A DNA stretch of 64,000 nucleotides from Balanoglossus misakiensis. Its lineage: Eukaryota > Animalia > Hemichordata. Made by a program: the position numbers and the translations under genes. The stretch covers positions 4,779,244 through 4,843,243 of the forward strand of contig CM082597.2 of the NCBI GenBank assembly GCA_040954595.2, written 5' to 3'. Below are positions 1 to 11,806 of the stretch, in pieces (positions within the stretch are counted from its first letter, which is position 1; each line of letters begins with the position of its first letter). The notes beneath the pieces are model-generated. The model was not told the origin of the DNA and did not search any database. It worked only from the letters and a program-made list of their open reading frames with translations.

Positions 1-213
1 AAATCCAATGTACTACAATTTTAATCATCAAAAGTATTGAAAAAGCCATTTTAGTTCAAGATCCCAGGTACATAGTTACAAGGTCCTGTGTGGTATTGAC
101 AGAAGCTAGTCCTTTATAGGTTAATATTAATAGAAGCTGCCGGTCTACATTCATGTATTCAGATTTCCAAAGACTGTGCTTCTTCTCACCACAGTAAATA
201 TGGCTGTAACACT

Positions 214-391
214 GTCACGTGATCGTCATTTAGCCAATGCTGTAAAAGGATGCATCGTGTCGCGATGGTCACAATTCTCTCCGCGAATGTGCGTCGAGTA
301 ACATCGTCATGTGATCCTTGCTTCAGCCAATGCTCGCAAAGGATACATCGTGTCGCAATGGTTATGTTTATGATCTCTGCACACGCGCGTC
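214..391. repeat. Degenerate ~92 bp tandem duplication just 3' of the GPCR stop codon
   Basis: gtcacgtgatc...agccaatgctgtaaaaggatgcatcgtgtcgcgatggt (from 214) versus gtcatgtgatc...agccaatgctcgcaaaggatacatcgtgtcgcaatggt (from 306). Confidence 0.85.
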
Positions 392-397
392 ACACCT

Positions 398-1492
398 CTA
401 AGCTTGTGTTGTTGGTGTCGGTTTATATCTGCAGACGTGGTTCAGATGGCGCTCGATTTTACAATTGCAGAGCGCCTCGCGGAATGCTTTGCGGTATCTC
501 TCGTTGAGAATGTTGTAAATAGCCGGATTGATGGCCGAGTTGATGTACATTAAAATCCGAGAGACCAGCAATAACACATATAGCCGGCTGGGCGAGATTT
601 GGACGTTGTCGAGACTTTGCAGGAGGGTCAGAAACCGGAAAGGGGTCACGCACACAAGATATATTAGTGTCGTTGCGATGAGCATGCGCACGACTTGTTT
701 TTTGGCCCGCACGGACGCCGTGGACGTTCCCGTTCCCGCGCGCTCTCGCAGATGGATTAGGGTGAGAAAGTACAGCAGTGCGAGAATGGGCACGACGAGA
801 ATGAGTACCACGCGATCAAACATATAATAGGCGTCGTAGGCAGCGCAACCTCCCTCTGGCGCGCAGCTGTGTATGCATATGTGCAATTTCGCCGGTGCCC
901 ATGTCTCGTTCCAAGCAGGCGGCCAAGAGATCCGATAAGCGGCCAGTCGGAGTATGTACACCTCTGGGAAGGAGTATATCGCCGAGACTATCCAGATGCT
1001 GGTGCAGGCGACGATGGCCTTCGGCTTGGTGCGCAGCTCTTTGAAGCGGAACGGCCAGCGCACGGCGACGAACTTCTCCAGGGCCAGCAGGATGATGGTG
1101 ATACTTGATGACGTAATCGCCACGGCGGAAGGATAACTGATGATGGTGCAGCCCCAGTCGCCCAGAGAAGACCAGTCCTCCTTCAGCGGAAGCGACGTCG
1201 AGTAATACTGTATCAACTTGGGCGGCACGACCGAGAACAGAAAGAGCATGTCGGCCACGGCCAGATTCACCAAGAAGTAGTTTGTCACCGTCTGCATCTC
1301 CCGCACTCGAGCAAACACATACACAATAAGACCGTTGCCAAGGATCCCTATTGTAAATACAATCGGCATGACGATGGTCACAAGAGCCGTGTCCGTTGCC
1401 GAGTACAACAGAAGCTCCAAGTCATTCTCATTCAGGTTCCAAAGGCCTGAGAAATTATAGGAGTAGTTCTGTCGATAATCCATGTCGTCCAT
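398..1492 (-). CDS. Class A (rhodopsin-like) 7TM peptide GPCR, TRH-receptor/GHSR/NMUR-like; 364 aa, uninterrupted CDS
   Basis: Seven hydrophobic segments with TM1 GILGN, TM2 TNYFLVNLAVAD, C3.25 (WGC), TM3 ALEKF (DRY position), TM4 W (SIWIVS), TM6 VCVTPF, TM7 INSAINPAIYN and helix 8 ERYRKAF; N-terminal sequons NYS and NFS. The ORF track starts at a TTG (1519) inside a polypyrimidine tract; the first ATG is at 1492 (MDDMDY). Confidence 0.95.
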   Translation of the reverse strand: MDDMDYRQNYSYNFSGLWNLNENDLELLLYSATDTALVTIVMPIVFTIGILGNGLIVYVFARVREMQTVTNYFLVNLAVADMLFLFSVVPPKLIQYYSTSLPLKEDWSSLGDWGCTIISYPSAVAITSSSITIILLALEKFVAVRWPFRFKELRTKPKAIVACTSIWIVSAIYSFPEVYILRLAAYRISWPPAWNETWAPAKLHICIHSCAPEGGCAAYDAYYMFDRVVLILVVPILALLYFLTLIHLRERAGTGTSTASVRAKKQVVRMLIATTLIYLVCVTPFRFLTLLQSLDNVQISPSRLYVLLLVSRILMYINSAINPAIYNILNERYRKAFREALCNCKIERHLNHVCRYKPTPTTQA

Positions 1493-1496
1493 GTTG

Positions 1497-1730
1497 ATAG
1501 ATCTGAAGAAAAAGGCCAAAATACAGAAACATTAGGCACACATTTGGAAATATCTCAGTTGTTATAAGCATAATACACCATATCGATAAATCTGATGGAA
1601 AAGACAAACATATAGAAGCAGGTAAACATATGGAAATATCTCAGGTGTATACACAGTATACACGATGTAGATAGATCTGAAAAAGAGACCAAAGCATATA
1701 GAAACTCTAAGTACATATTTGGATGTATAC
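1497..1730. repeat. Three degenerate ~85-89 bp tandem units spanning the GPCR acceptor
   Basis: Units start at 1497 (atagatctgaagaaaaaggccaaaatacagaaac), 1586 (ataaatctgatggaaaagacaaacatatagaagc) and 1671 (atagatctgaaaaagagaccaaagcatatagaaac). tggaaatatctcag is shared by units 1 and 2. Confidence 0.8.
1503..1522 (-). promoter_or_regulatory. 3' splice acceptor of the GPCR coding exon
   Basis: Minus strand reads ttttggcctttttcttcAG|atctatcaacATG: a pyrimidine tract plus CAG, with 10 exonic nt before the ATG. Confidence 0.75.
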
Positions 1731-4700
1731 ATATTACTGGACATCAGACCACACCCAGACCTCTCCATCTACCTCTCTTCATCTGCGCATTTAACAAAAC
1801 AGACAGACCTGCTCACAGCGTTACCGACCGCCATAAAATTGTCTACGATTTTGACGTCTTCCAAGTGTAGGCAGTGGATAGCACATGATAGCCACCGTCA
1901 TTAGGTCATATTGTCTGTAATGAAGGCAGCAGTGTCTTACCCTCGTCGATGCCGGACTGCTTGTCAACAGTGCACTTCAACGACGCCAGGGAAAATGACC
2001 AAATGACTAAGTGTCTCCACTCCAAAAACCCTCGAAACCTTGACTGTATTTGCATGTGCAAGCCACGCCTTTGACAGGACGACAATGGACTTATTGTTAA
2101 CTTACGATTTGCAAACACCTGTAGCCCCCTTTCGGGGACACATTCTATTTTTTTTTTACTTTTATTAATTGCTTTAGTGGTGGACATGGTGAGATCATTG
2201 TGAAGAAGGCCACTTAATATGCAAAAAATGTGATTAAAGAAGATTAATAATATGCAGCGTTATTAAATTTGCCTACGGCGCTCTCAATGTGTTTTAGTGT
2301 TGCACACGAGGACGTCCCAAACAACCCTGCATGTATTGTATCTTGAAGGTGTGCGGGGCACGTATGAGTTCAGATGAAGCATCAACTTCTGCTCAGGGCC
2401 CATGAAAATTAATAAACTTATTTTGTATTGGTGTATTCTATAGTCCCCTTTCCATGAACAGAATCAGCATGTTGCAAAGTAATTTATGTGATGGCGTCTT
2501 CTTCAACGTCAACGTCAAACCAGATAACACTGCTGCCAACTTAATTAAATTAAGAGCAAAACTGTGTCGTGATCGTAAAGATTCTATCTGGTAGGGTTTT
2601 ACAGATAGAATCGTTGGCGATTGTGTAAACAGACGAGAGGGATAACACCATTCATATAAAATAGAAGCGAGAGGCCTAAGCAGGATCATGCCAAACTGGC
2701 AGCTTTTGTCGCGATAATACTGGCATGCAAGGGAAAACTATTGACCGAGACTCGGTGCAGTTGTTACCACAGAATTCAATGCCATGCCCCGCCCAAACAA
2801 TTTTAGTAATGGTGTGGGCGTGGTCTTACAATGAAACACTGGTATCATGAATGTTAGTGAAAGGATGTTTCATTCAGACTTTCTATCGCATGCCTTGAAT
2901 CTGTCTTTGTCCATACATTACATTTAACAAGACGATGGACTGTACACAAAGCGAATCAAAGTATTAATGCCTTCTCCAAAACCTATATATATCAAGTACA
3001 AGTTATCCAAACTAATAAACAAACAAACAACCTACTGGCGTCAATAAACTATTCCTCAATACGAACAGAGCAAGCAACGTTGAAACATTGCAGTTACATG
3101 GAGCAAAATTTACCAAAACCAGTTTTTTGTAATAAGTTGAATATTCAGCATGGTCATCTGCCGAGAGAAATGTATTAAACGTCAAAATTCATTCCAAGCA
3201 GAAGGTTTCTTTCATTAACGAAGACCTTCTGAAACAAAGCTGCTTCTATTTGCATACCTCTGAAATTCACTTGCTAAGCAGCCTTCACGCTTCATTAATT
3301 AAATATCATGTCCGAAGGTTCTTTGAATATTAACGACTATAACACGTCAAATTGACGCATATTTAAATCAAGCATTATGTCATGCAGCTATTGTTAACAA
3401 CAAGGAGGTATCTCAGGAAGCCAGCAAAGTAATTTGCGTCAATTCTATCTGAAGGAAAATGCAAGGTTTCACTCTGTGTAACCCCCAAAAGGTGAAAAGA
3501 TAATGATAGTATCCATGTACAGTCATGTTGAATGATATGGTCATTAATTTTGGTAAATCGATGCTTTGATGGAAATAACCACAAAACCTATTAGTTTCAC
3601 GGATACCAAATTACTGTCATACAGTTTAGCAATTACAGATCTCAAATACCCTGAAGGTCTTATGTGTAAATTACTCGATATGTCATGACAACGTCGTGGT
3701 TGCCATTTTGGAATATTTTCCAACTGTCCCACAATACAGTGCGGTGGGTTATGAACGTGATGTTTTTAATTAGCACTGAAATTCATAGTACCCGCAGCGC
3801 GAGGTGTTTTTCTCAATCGACGATCGAGATGAATGTGATCGTACCCATCCATCTCACAGGGCAATTATCACATTTGCATGGCCACTTGCAGAGACAAGCG
3901 GAAAACACTACAACAGAGAACAGACAAGCAACACAGGCACAAAGAACACAAGCATGCCATTGAAAGCCAAATGCCTGGCCCCCTGGCAACATAACAAGAT
4001 GTAGTGTCGGGTGTTTGCTGCAGATATAAATTGGAGCCATTCATTATTATTTCATCGCTAATTAGAGCTGCCACCTCATTATGTTACATTGTCAATCAAG
4101 ACAAATTTGCACGATTTGCAATGTATAGAAAATGGTCTGTTGCGCAGTATTGTCACATTCAAATAAGCTAATTAACTATACAGCGCGCAGCTGTCTTGCC
4201 AGCAAAAAAAGACAAACCAGGCGATGATAACCAAGTGCGTTACTTGGCACTTTACCTTAAAATTTCATTCTTAAAATCTGCCCAAGGATGGGTAAAGCTA
4301 ATAAATTTATCTTCAGAAAAAATGAAGAGTTCATTGTCTATGTATCTTACTGTAGAAATTGCTTTGTTTAAGTATTATGGATAATAATTAAATGATATTC
4401 AAAAACATTTACTGCATACCATAAAATTGTGATTAACATGGCCAGTAAAAACAACAAGACACACAGCACAATTCAAACAACCAACCAACAAGTGTAATAA
4501 ACAACTGCGTCATAGAAATTAAGCTACCCAATGCCTTCAAACAGAATTTCCAACAACAGTAAACAAAAGTATTAGCGCATGATCGAACAAACAACTAAAG
4601 AAGCGGGCGTGTAACTTACAACTCACACTGATGGAGGTCTTAACATTGTCGACGACCTCAGGGAGTTAGTTTGTCACTGTTTGGTTAATGCAATAAACAT

Positions 4701-6564
4701 GAATCGTGAAAGTATTACAAAATATTAATGAAATGTCTTGCTACCTGGATTAGAGGTTGATATTTTTCGCCAGAATTGGGTAATCAAAGGCCATATGTAG
4801 TAAGTGTACTTTTCAATCTTGAGTGTTATTCCGGAGTACATCACCCACATCAAATGAAGTCACTGGCCTTTGAATGGGGATAACATTTTATTTTTTGTAA
4901 ACAACAAGGAAATTCCATGGAATGATCTATATCCCCATCCTGTATTCAGCCAACCGCGTTTTCTTGCCAGTAAGTAATTTTAATCATCGTTATGAACAGA
5001 CGTTAGCACCCCGGGATAAATGCAAATTGTAAAATCCAGTTTTCCATGAATTGCAAATTGAATGCTAGGATCCATTGATTTTTATCGCGAAACATCTGGT
5101 CTGCCAGATTCGCTTGAATCGCTACAAGAATGACGCTGTCATCAGGGTATTACACGATGCTTATCTGCTTCAGTGTGTGTCGCTTGCAATAAGTAAATTC
5201 GATTACATTTTTCATCGCCAATAACAGATTGGCTTCTAAAGGATGTCTTTCCACAATGTTCGTTTGCATCCACAGCCAAAGCAGACGTTCGCTGACTCAC
5301 ATATTGATATCACTATGATTCCCCTTCATGTATATGCCCTATTCGACAATGGTTCCCGATGCATGCATTAACGAGCGTAACAACAAATTGCCATGTTTGC
5401 AGAGAAATCACATTTAATTTCGATGTTTGTATCTCTTCCAGGAAAGAAAATGTGCCACGTGACATTCATTCTCTGATTTGGAATTTAATTTGTACAACCG
5501 AATCTCAGGAAGCCCTGTTAGTAACATTCATAAATGCGTCAATTCTGCGTGCACATTTGTTAAGTTATTAAATTTTCATCGCCGATGAATAAATTCATTA
5601 GTGCACCAGGAACCCAAGGATATGCTGTTTGTGTGTATGCAAACGTATGTAAAGCTTCATTTGTAAGCATCGATGTAAACATCATATGGGGTAGTTTGTT
5701 TTGAAAGGTGTACGACCAAACTAAATTACCTACTGCTGTTTTACTAAGGTCTTCAGTTTAAGCATTGTCATACGCGAATCAATAACAGTTCGATCTTCTA
5801 TATATCTCGGATGGTATTACCCATCCATTTTATCCCAAACATGTCTGTATTTTTCGTGATACATGTCAATTTGATATTCACAGGCGAATTTGATTATCAG
5901 ATAATTCAATTACTCAGGCTGGGCTGCCTAGAATGCTTGTAATTAAATGCAAGATTGTAAATTTTTGATGTCCGTCATATCGTTCTATCTTTTGCTACTA
6001 CCTATGTTCGACACACCCTGTTCATGTTTACCTTGGATGGTGGGTGCATGTGTTCGCAAGATTCGCAGTTACACAAAATAGTACATCTTTAGTATACTAT
6101 ATCGTGTTATGTGCTCTCCAAAAATAAGTCCACAGTTTATAGCTTATCACAGAAATATCACTATCACCGTGACATTTTGGCGTCCAGCATTGAAGAGTGA
6201 ACGTGCAAATGCCAAATGCAATGTGATATTGCCTATCCGAAGTAATATATGCGGAAAGAAAATGTGTATTGGTATGAGCACGCGCAGCCTTAAGCAATAA
6301 CACTAGCCGCTGGTTGGTGTAATTCGATTATAAGCAGTGAACTATCTGATTAGTTTCCATTACATTGCCTTGCGTTCGATTAGGGCGGGCTCTTTATAGT
6401 GCACACAACCTTTGCCAGCAGCCAACCCATGCAAATATGAATTAAAATGGCATGAGGCAAAGTAAATGGCATAGATAAATGTGGAAAGATGTGCACCTCC
6501 CTGAATGGAACTAATAAATTAGTGCCATGAATTTTGACGCTTAACGTTTCATTTCGTCTTCTTA

Positions 6565-6688
6565 GGGAGCCTTCAGTATTTACAGGGGGAGGAGGTGGGC
6601 CGGGAGAATCGGGGGAGGTTCACTTTTTACAAACCAATCTTTGGGGGAGGGTGACTTTTTACAAACCAATCTTTAGGGATGGGTCACT
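6565..6688. mobile_element. Truncated left end of a GGGAGC-type MITE (PIF/Harbinger-like) with internal 32 bp tandem repeats
   Basis: tta|gggagccttcagtatttacaggggg resembles the left TIR of the 20341 element (gggagctttcag). It is followed by two copies of gggggaggktsactttttacaaaccaatcttt. No right TIR seen. Confidence 0.6.
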
Positions 6689-6706
6689 CAATTACACATC
6701 AGTGCG

Positions 6707-6788
6707 ATCATCATCATCACCAAAACCACCAAAACCACCACCCACGCCGCCACCACCACCAAAACCACCAACACCATCATCATATCAT
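6707..6788. repeat. Imperfect (ATC)n/(CCA)n microsatellite
   Basis: Directly visible; explains the Pro-rich spurious ORF 6534..6791. Confidence 0.9.
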
Positions 6789-7904
6789 TAATATGTTCTC
6801 GGAAATTAATTTGATAATACATGAGCCCTACCCAAAGTTTCTTTAGTGGGCAGTGTTTGAGCACATTTACTTTCTTCAAGGAGAACTAACCTTTATCTTT
6901 TTAACAAGACACGAAATCATTCAAAAAATTCAAAAACAGGAAATTAAAATTATTCACTATCTATTAATATGAATATGACTTCCATGACAAACCTCTTGCT
7001 AATTAACGTGGCCTTGTCCATGCAATAAAACCGCAACAAATTGCCAATTATTTAACTAGTAATACGATATCACGCGTCATGTCTGTCCCTGATTCTTGTG
7101 CAATCTTCCTTCCCTAATTACCATTTCTTTCACTACTACCTTGTAATTTTTAGTATTCTTAACATGATAAGCCATGGGGAGAAATCACAATTCAGAAACA
7201 ATTTCAGAAGACAAATGCATAACAAAATAAGATGCATTGTCATTAGAAAATGAACCATCCCATTTCATTCCGGTATCGGAGAAGAAGGATAAAGTGCATC
7301 TTTGACTCAAACATTCAAGTTCAAGACATATCTGTTGAAGAAACAAGCAACTTGTAAGAAATATCAAATGTTTGCTTGTATGACACTAGTGTTTGCCAAC
7401 TAATGTAAAGCTAGGGACTGAACGATACAAATTCAATCTTCAATTATGTACTATCCATCATGCTGAAAAGTCCGAAGGGGTATTTCATCTTTTTGTTGAG
7501 ATCATACGAATACAAATTCTCCCAAGATACATTGTCTTTTAATATTCATGGACGTATAATCATCGACTGTCTGACTTGACTGCCTGCAGGTACACCATGA
7601 ACAGTTTATCGCCTGGTCAAATGTCAAAGATCTTAAACCTGTATATACAGGTTTGTGCAAGTTATAACGCTACCTTATAGAGAATACTGAATGACAGTCT
7701 GAAAAAAATAAAACTTGTGAACGGTTAAAGGTCGATGATTTCAACAAAACAAATGCCGTATTTGAAACGTGTGATAGTTTCCCGAATAAAAATAAATTTT
7801 AGATCATGGTGAGACAAGAATCGTGTCCAGACAAGTTATTTATCGGTTTGTTAACGCTGTCTCCACCAGATGTGCGAACTGTGTTTAAAATTATGTCCAT
7901 ATGT

Positions 7905-8290
7905 ACTCACATTTAAAGTGACAGAGATCAGACTTCTATGTACGTAGACGCGATGCGATCTTCTGGAGCGAGATGCAACTCTCTTGAGCGATCGGGAGCG
8001 AATGTCCCAGATAGATGGTTGCGAGAACCTCTGTAGATAGTCTGCCTTGGGTGTCGCTCATGCCATTGTTATATTGATACGCGGAGGGATGACGTATAGG
8101 CATATGCAAATTTCACGTGCTGCTCTCACATGCGAGAGAACTCCCACATGACACAAGTCATGTGGTTCCTGTGTCCGCGTTGGTTAACCCTGAGCTCCAC
8201 AATAGGTTTCACAATAATAGGCACTTTTTCACCTTTCTGGTGACGCGCACAGCTGATTAGCAACATTGGGTCTGACGTAGTAACCGACCA
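7905..8290 (-). promoter_or_regulatory. Candidate GPCR promoter and non-coding exon 1 (~8045 to 7911)
   Basis: Minus-strand donor AAT|GTGAGT (7910-7905); CpG-richer ~130 nt ATG-free stretch; TATA-like AATATAAC (8075-8068); TGACGT 8090-8095, octamer ATGCAAAT 8104-8111, E-box CACGTG 8114-8119; further TGACG and ATTGG sites up to ~8280. Confidence 0.4.
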
Positions 8291-11200
8291 TGAAGAATGG
8301 GTGTAAGCAGAAAAACATTTTGAAGAGCTAATTATGAATTTGACACCATATAGAATCGGTATTTGAAATCATACAAGTTTTAATGAGAGATAAATCATTT
8401 CACATTTAAATTGGTCCTCCATTTCTTCAACGTCACGACCATAAGTGAAAAACATCTGCAACAAGTCAATTCTTTTTTTCCTAAATAGTAAGATTTCTTT
8501 AAAAAAAATACCAACGATTGAGTTGACTATGCAGAAGATAGGCAGATAAAAATATACTTCGGTTTGCAGGCATTAAACTTGGAAATATAATAAAAATACT
8601 TGTATGTTAAAGCTACATGAAAAAGCAAATATAAGGGCAAGGGTGCAGAATATCTTAAATTATTCAAACGACTGGTTTGATGCAAGTTTGAAATGCATAC
8701 TGAGAAAGTTGTTGTAAACAATGAGGGGGTCACACACGCAAAACGGATGTGATTGATGCAAAACATTAGTTTATATTATACTGGTGGTAGTTTTCGTGAC
8801 AGGAAATGTAGACACACGACTCCTAAACTTTCACGATACTTGAAAAAAAACTTTGATGTAGGTGTGAACTATAGCTTCGCTACCGCTCACGTGTCAATGC
8901 AGGTGATAGTCTTGACTGCTAATTGCAGAGCCAGCTATCCCAGTGGGATATGAACAACATTGTCACAAACAACAAATTAGAGATTTTCCTATTCTGTAAA
9001 CACGCAAGTTTATTAATTGTCAGGAGACCTAATGCAGGAACGTTTCCAATATATTCCTGTTCACATATCATATCGTCCTTGTGCCCTTTCAAGCAAAATT
9101 AATGAACATGTTTTAGACACAGGCACGATTAGTTGCAAAGTTGAGCACAACTTGTTGCCTTGTCAGAGATTGAGGCCATGACGTCATTTCACCATCCCTG
9201 TTATAATTATGCACATAGAATCGAGAAATAGATATGATGCATGACTTGTGAGCAAGTCTGCTCATGCCGCGTCTAAAAAATCCAGACTTTCACCCATCAA
9301 AATGGCGGCAAGATACGTTAACTCTTGAGTTTATAATTGCACTACAGTCACATGCTTAGTTGTTTGTCTTTCCATCATCGACGACATATTCAAGTCACTT
9401 GAGCAGTACGATACATCGGCCTCGGTGGGCGAATCCCGTTGGAGTGATTGAATAACAATCTATATTTCACTGTCAGATGATTGATTAAGCGACAGCTCAG
9501 TGCTATCTACTCTGAAATGATTGAACGTTCAGGTGGACACAGATGATAACAGCATAATGAAAATGGAAGGGTAGAATATCCACAGTGTGTAGCCTTTGGC
9601 AAACATTTGTTGCAAGTGATGTGGATTTTTAACCGACTCGTGTGGACGATTTTGACAAATTTGTTAGATTATACTCTCCTCGCTATCATATTTAACCATA
9701 TCACCATTGTCCGGTCAAAGTTCATTGCTTTCTATGCTAGATGTGGACGTCTTTAGAGGGTACAGGGGGTGAAAAGGGTTAACATGAAACTGTTTTATAT
9801 AAATGGAATATGGGCAAAACGCTATTGGACCCAAATTGTTATTGTTGGCAAATGAATTAACAATGCTGACTATATATACACAGGTTGAGTTGTTAAGCTG
9901 GATACAGGGCATTACTCAAAACATAGCGAAAAGTTACAGCTAATGCTACTTTACATGACACAGCATTAAGCATGACCATTTAGTACAAACACTCCCATGT
10001 TGGTTTTCAGTATTAGTGTCTTTTCCCAGTGTGACACTAGACGCGAAGACGAGTGAAGTGATTCATTACTTGGAAACAACACAAACCAGGTGTGCACAAG
10101 TGTTGTATGCTAAATGCGAAAAAATCGATAAAGTCATTAGGAATGTTTTCAAAGCAAGAAATCCTCCGTGATTGATTTTGCGGAGAGTAATTACAAAGCC
10201 GGCAGCCAGATGTGTTCTGGCCTGCTTTCTCCAGGTCCCTGTGTCTGCAGCAACACTCAAATCGCAAGGGTACATTATTATGGTAATAGAAAATCAGGCC
10301 ACACTTATTAGTCAATTGTATCTGCCGATGCAAACTAGATTTTCAATCAATGTGTATTACGGAATTGTCACCAAGAGGCGACGCCATTGTTATCAGAGAC
10401 GCGAATCTGTCTGGATGAAAGCAGTACCCTGTTTGAACGGAGACACTCTTAGCAAGAAATCAATAACTCCAAAACAAAATAACTTAGTATAGACATGGAG
10501 AAGTGAGGTGCCATGGAATGTACCGCAAAATGAAACATTGACAGATGTTATATTCAGTTGGTGTTGCATGTTTCCGGTGCATTTTAACATATTACCCATC
10601 ATAACTGGGGAACCAAACACTCGGCATGTTTTACTGTACCCTAACTATACAAATATTCTTTGTGTTATCTCTAACCTTATACGCTTCACACTAATATAAC
10701 ATGCCTCTACAGTGACCAAACACATGTCAAACATTCACATACGCTTCTATAATACATAGCAATTTGCTATTTATTAATCCAATGCAGTACACACAGCGGG
10801 AATACGTGTCAACTGAAATTGACTCAATGTAAATTTAATCAAATTGATTCATAAATCTTGCGAGCAGTATCAATGAGGATTGAGAGTAGGTGATACAAAC
10901 AAAATATGTATGTAAACTCTTATTCGAAAACAAGGTTTTGAAGCTATTGTAATAGTTGTACAGTTGTGAAATAGTCTGTATTCGGATTCAGTACATATAC
11001 TTTGCACATTACATCTATCCACAACATTTCTTGACCCATGGGGTGCATGCAGAGTCTGCTATTCTTGCTATATAGCTTACCGCTAACGCAAGCGAAGGCA
11101 ATTCTGTGATTTGCTCGCCTCGGGCGAATACCATTACCTAAATCGATATACAACCACGGATGGTGCTTGAGTAGTGTACAGGGTGTGTAGCCTGCCAGAT

Positions 11201-11704
11201 CTCTACGGGCGCATAACATACCCGGACCCAAAGTGTTGAACTGCGTCAAATGTTTTGCCATTAACCGAAGGTAGGGGAGGGGAAGCCTGTGAGGTAGTTT
11301 TTGAATGGAAACCTTGGATTATATGTTCTTTCTCTACAGTGCATGTGCAGCCACAGTAGTGTGCACAGGGATGTCATCTTGTCTGTGTCGTCGCAAACGG
11401 TATTACTTCACCGATCATGTCACCCGCTTGTAAAGTGTACCCAGTTCAATTATCCTTCCCTTGCCAGCTTCAATTTTCTTTTCAATTACATCCCTGATTG
11501 CAAACAGTGAGGATAGCCGGCGTTCTCCTTGTATCACTTGATTTTCTACTCTATCCATGAATGTCGTGTGATTGCATTATTCAGGCTTCGCTTTCAAGAC
11601 AACCTGTTTACTCACTTCGACATCAAATCACCAAACTCTTGTGCGTTACGTGAATCTTTCATACAACTGATGAACCAACAAACAAGCTATAATGTACTGC
11701 AATT

Positions 11705-11806
11705 ACATACATGTACATGTATGTGCGTGTACATGCAAGTATACATCTATTGTATGTATTGTATGTATGTATGTATGTATGTATGTATGCATGCATGCAT
11801 GCATGT
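11705..11806. repeat. (TATG)n/(CATG)n microsatellite
   Basis: Directly visible tetranucleotide repeats. Confidence 0.9.

Noticed and set aside
250-1136. Short ORFs overlapping the GPCR (250..507, 459..653, 528..827, 869..1108, 954..1136)
   Set aside because: Antisense or off-frame shadows of the GC-rich GPCR CDS; no domain features.
1493-1519. TTG start extending the GPCR by MAFFFRSIN
   Set aside because: Non-ATG start lying in the polypyrimidine tract of a splice acceptor; the context is eukaryotic.
6534-6879. Pro-rich and Met/Val-rich ORFs
   Set aside because: Translations of a MITE fragment and a trinucleotide microsatellite.
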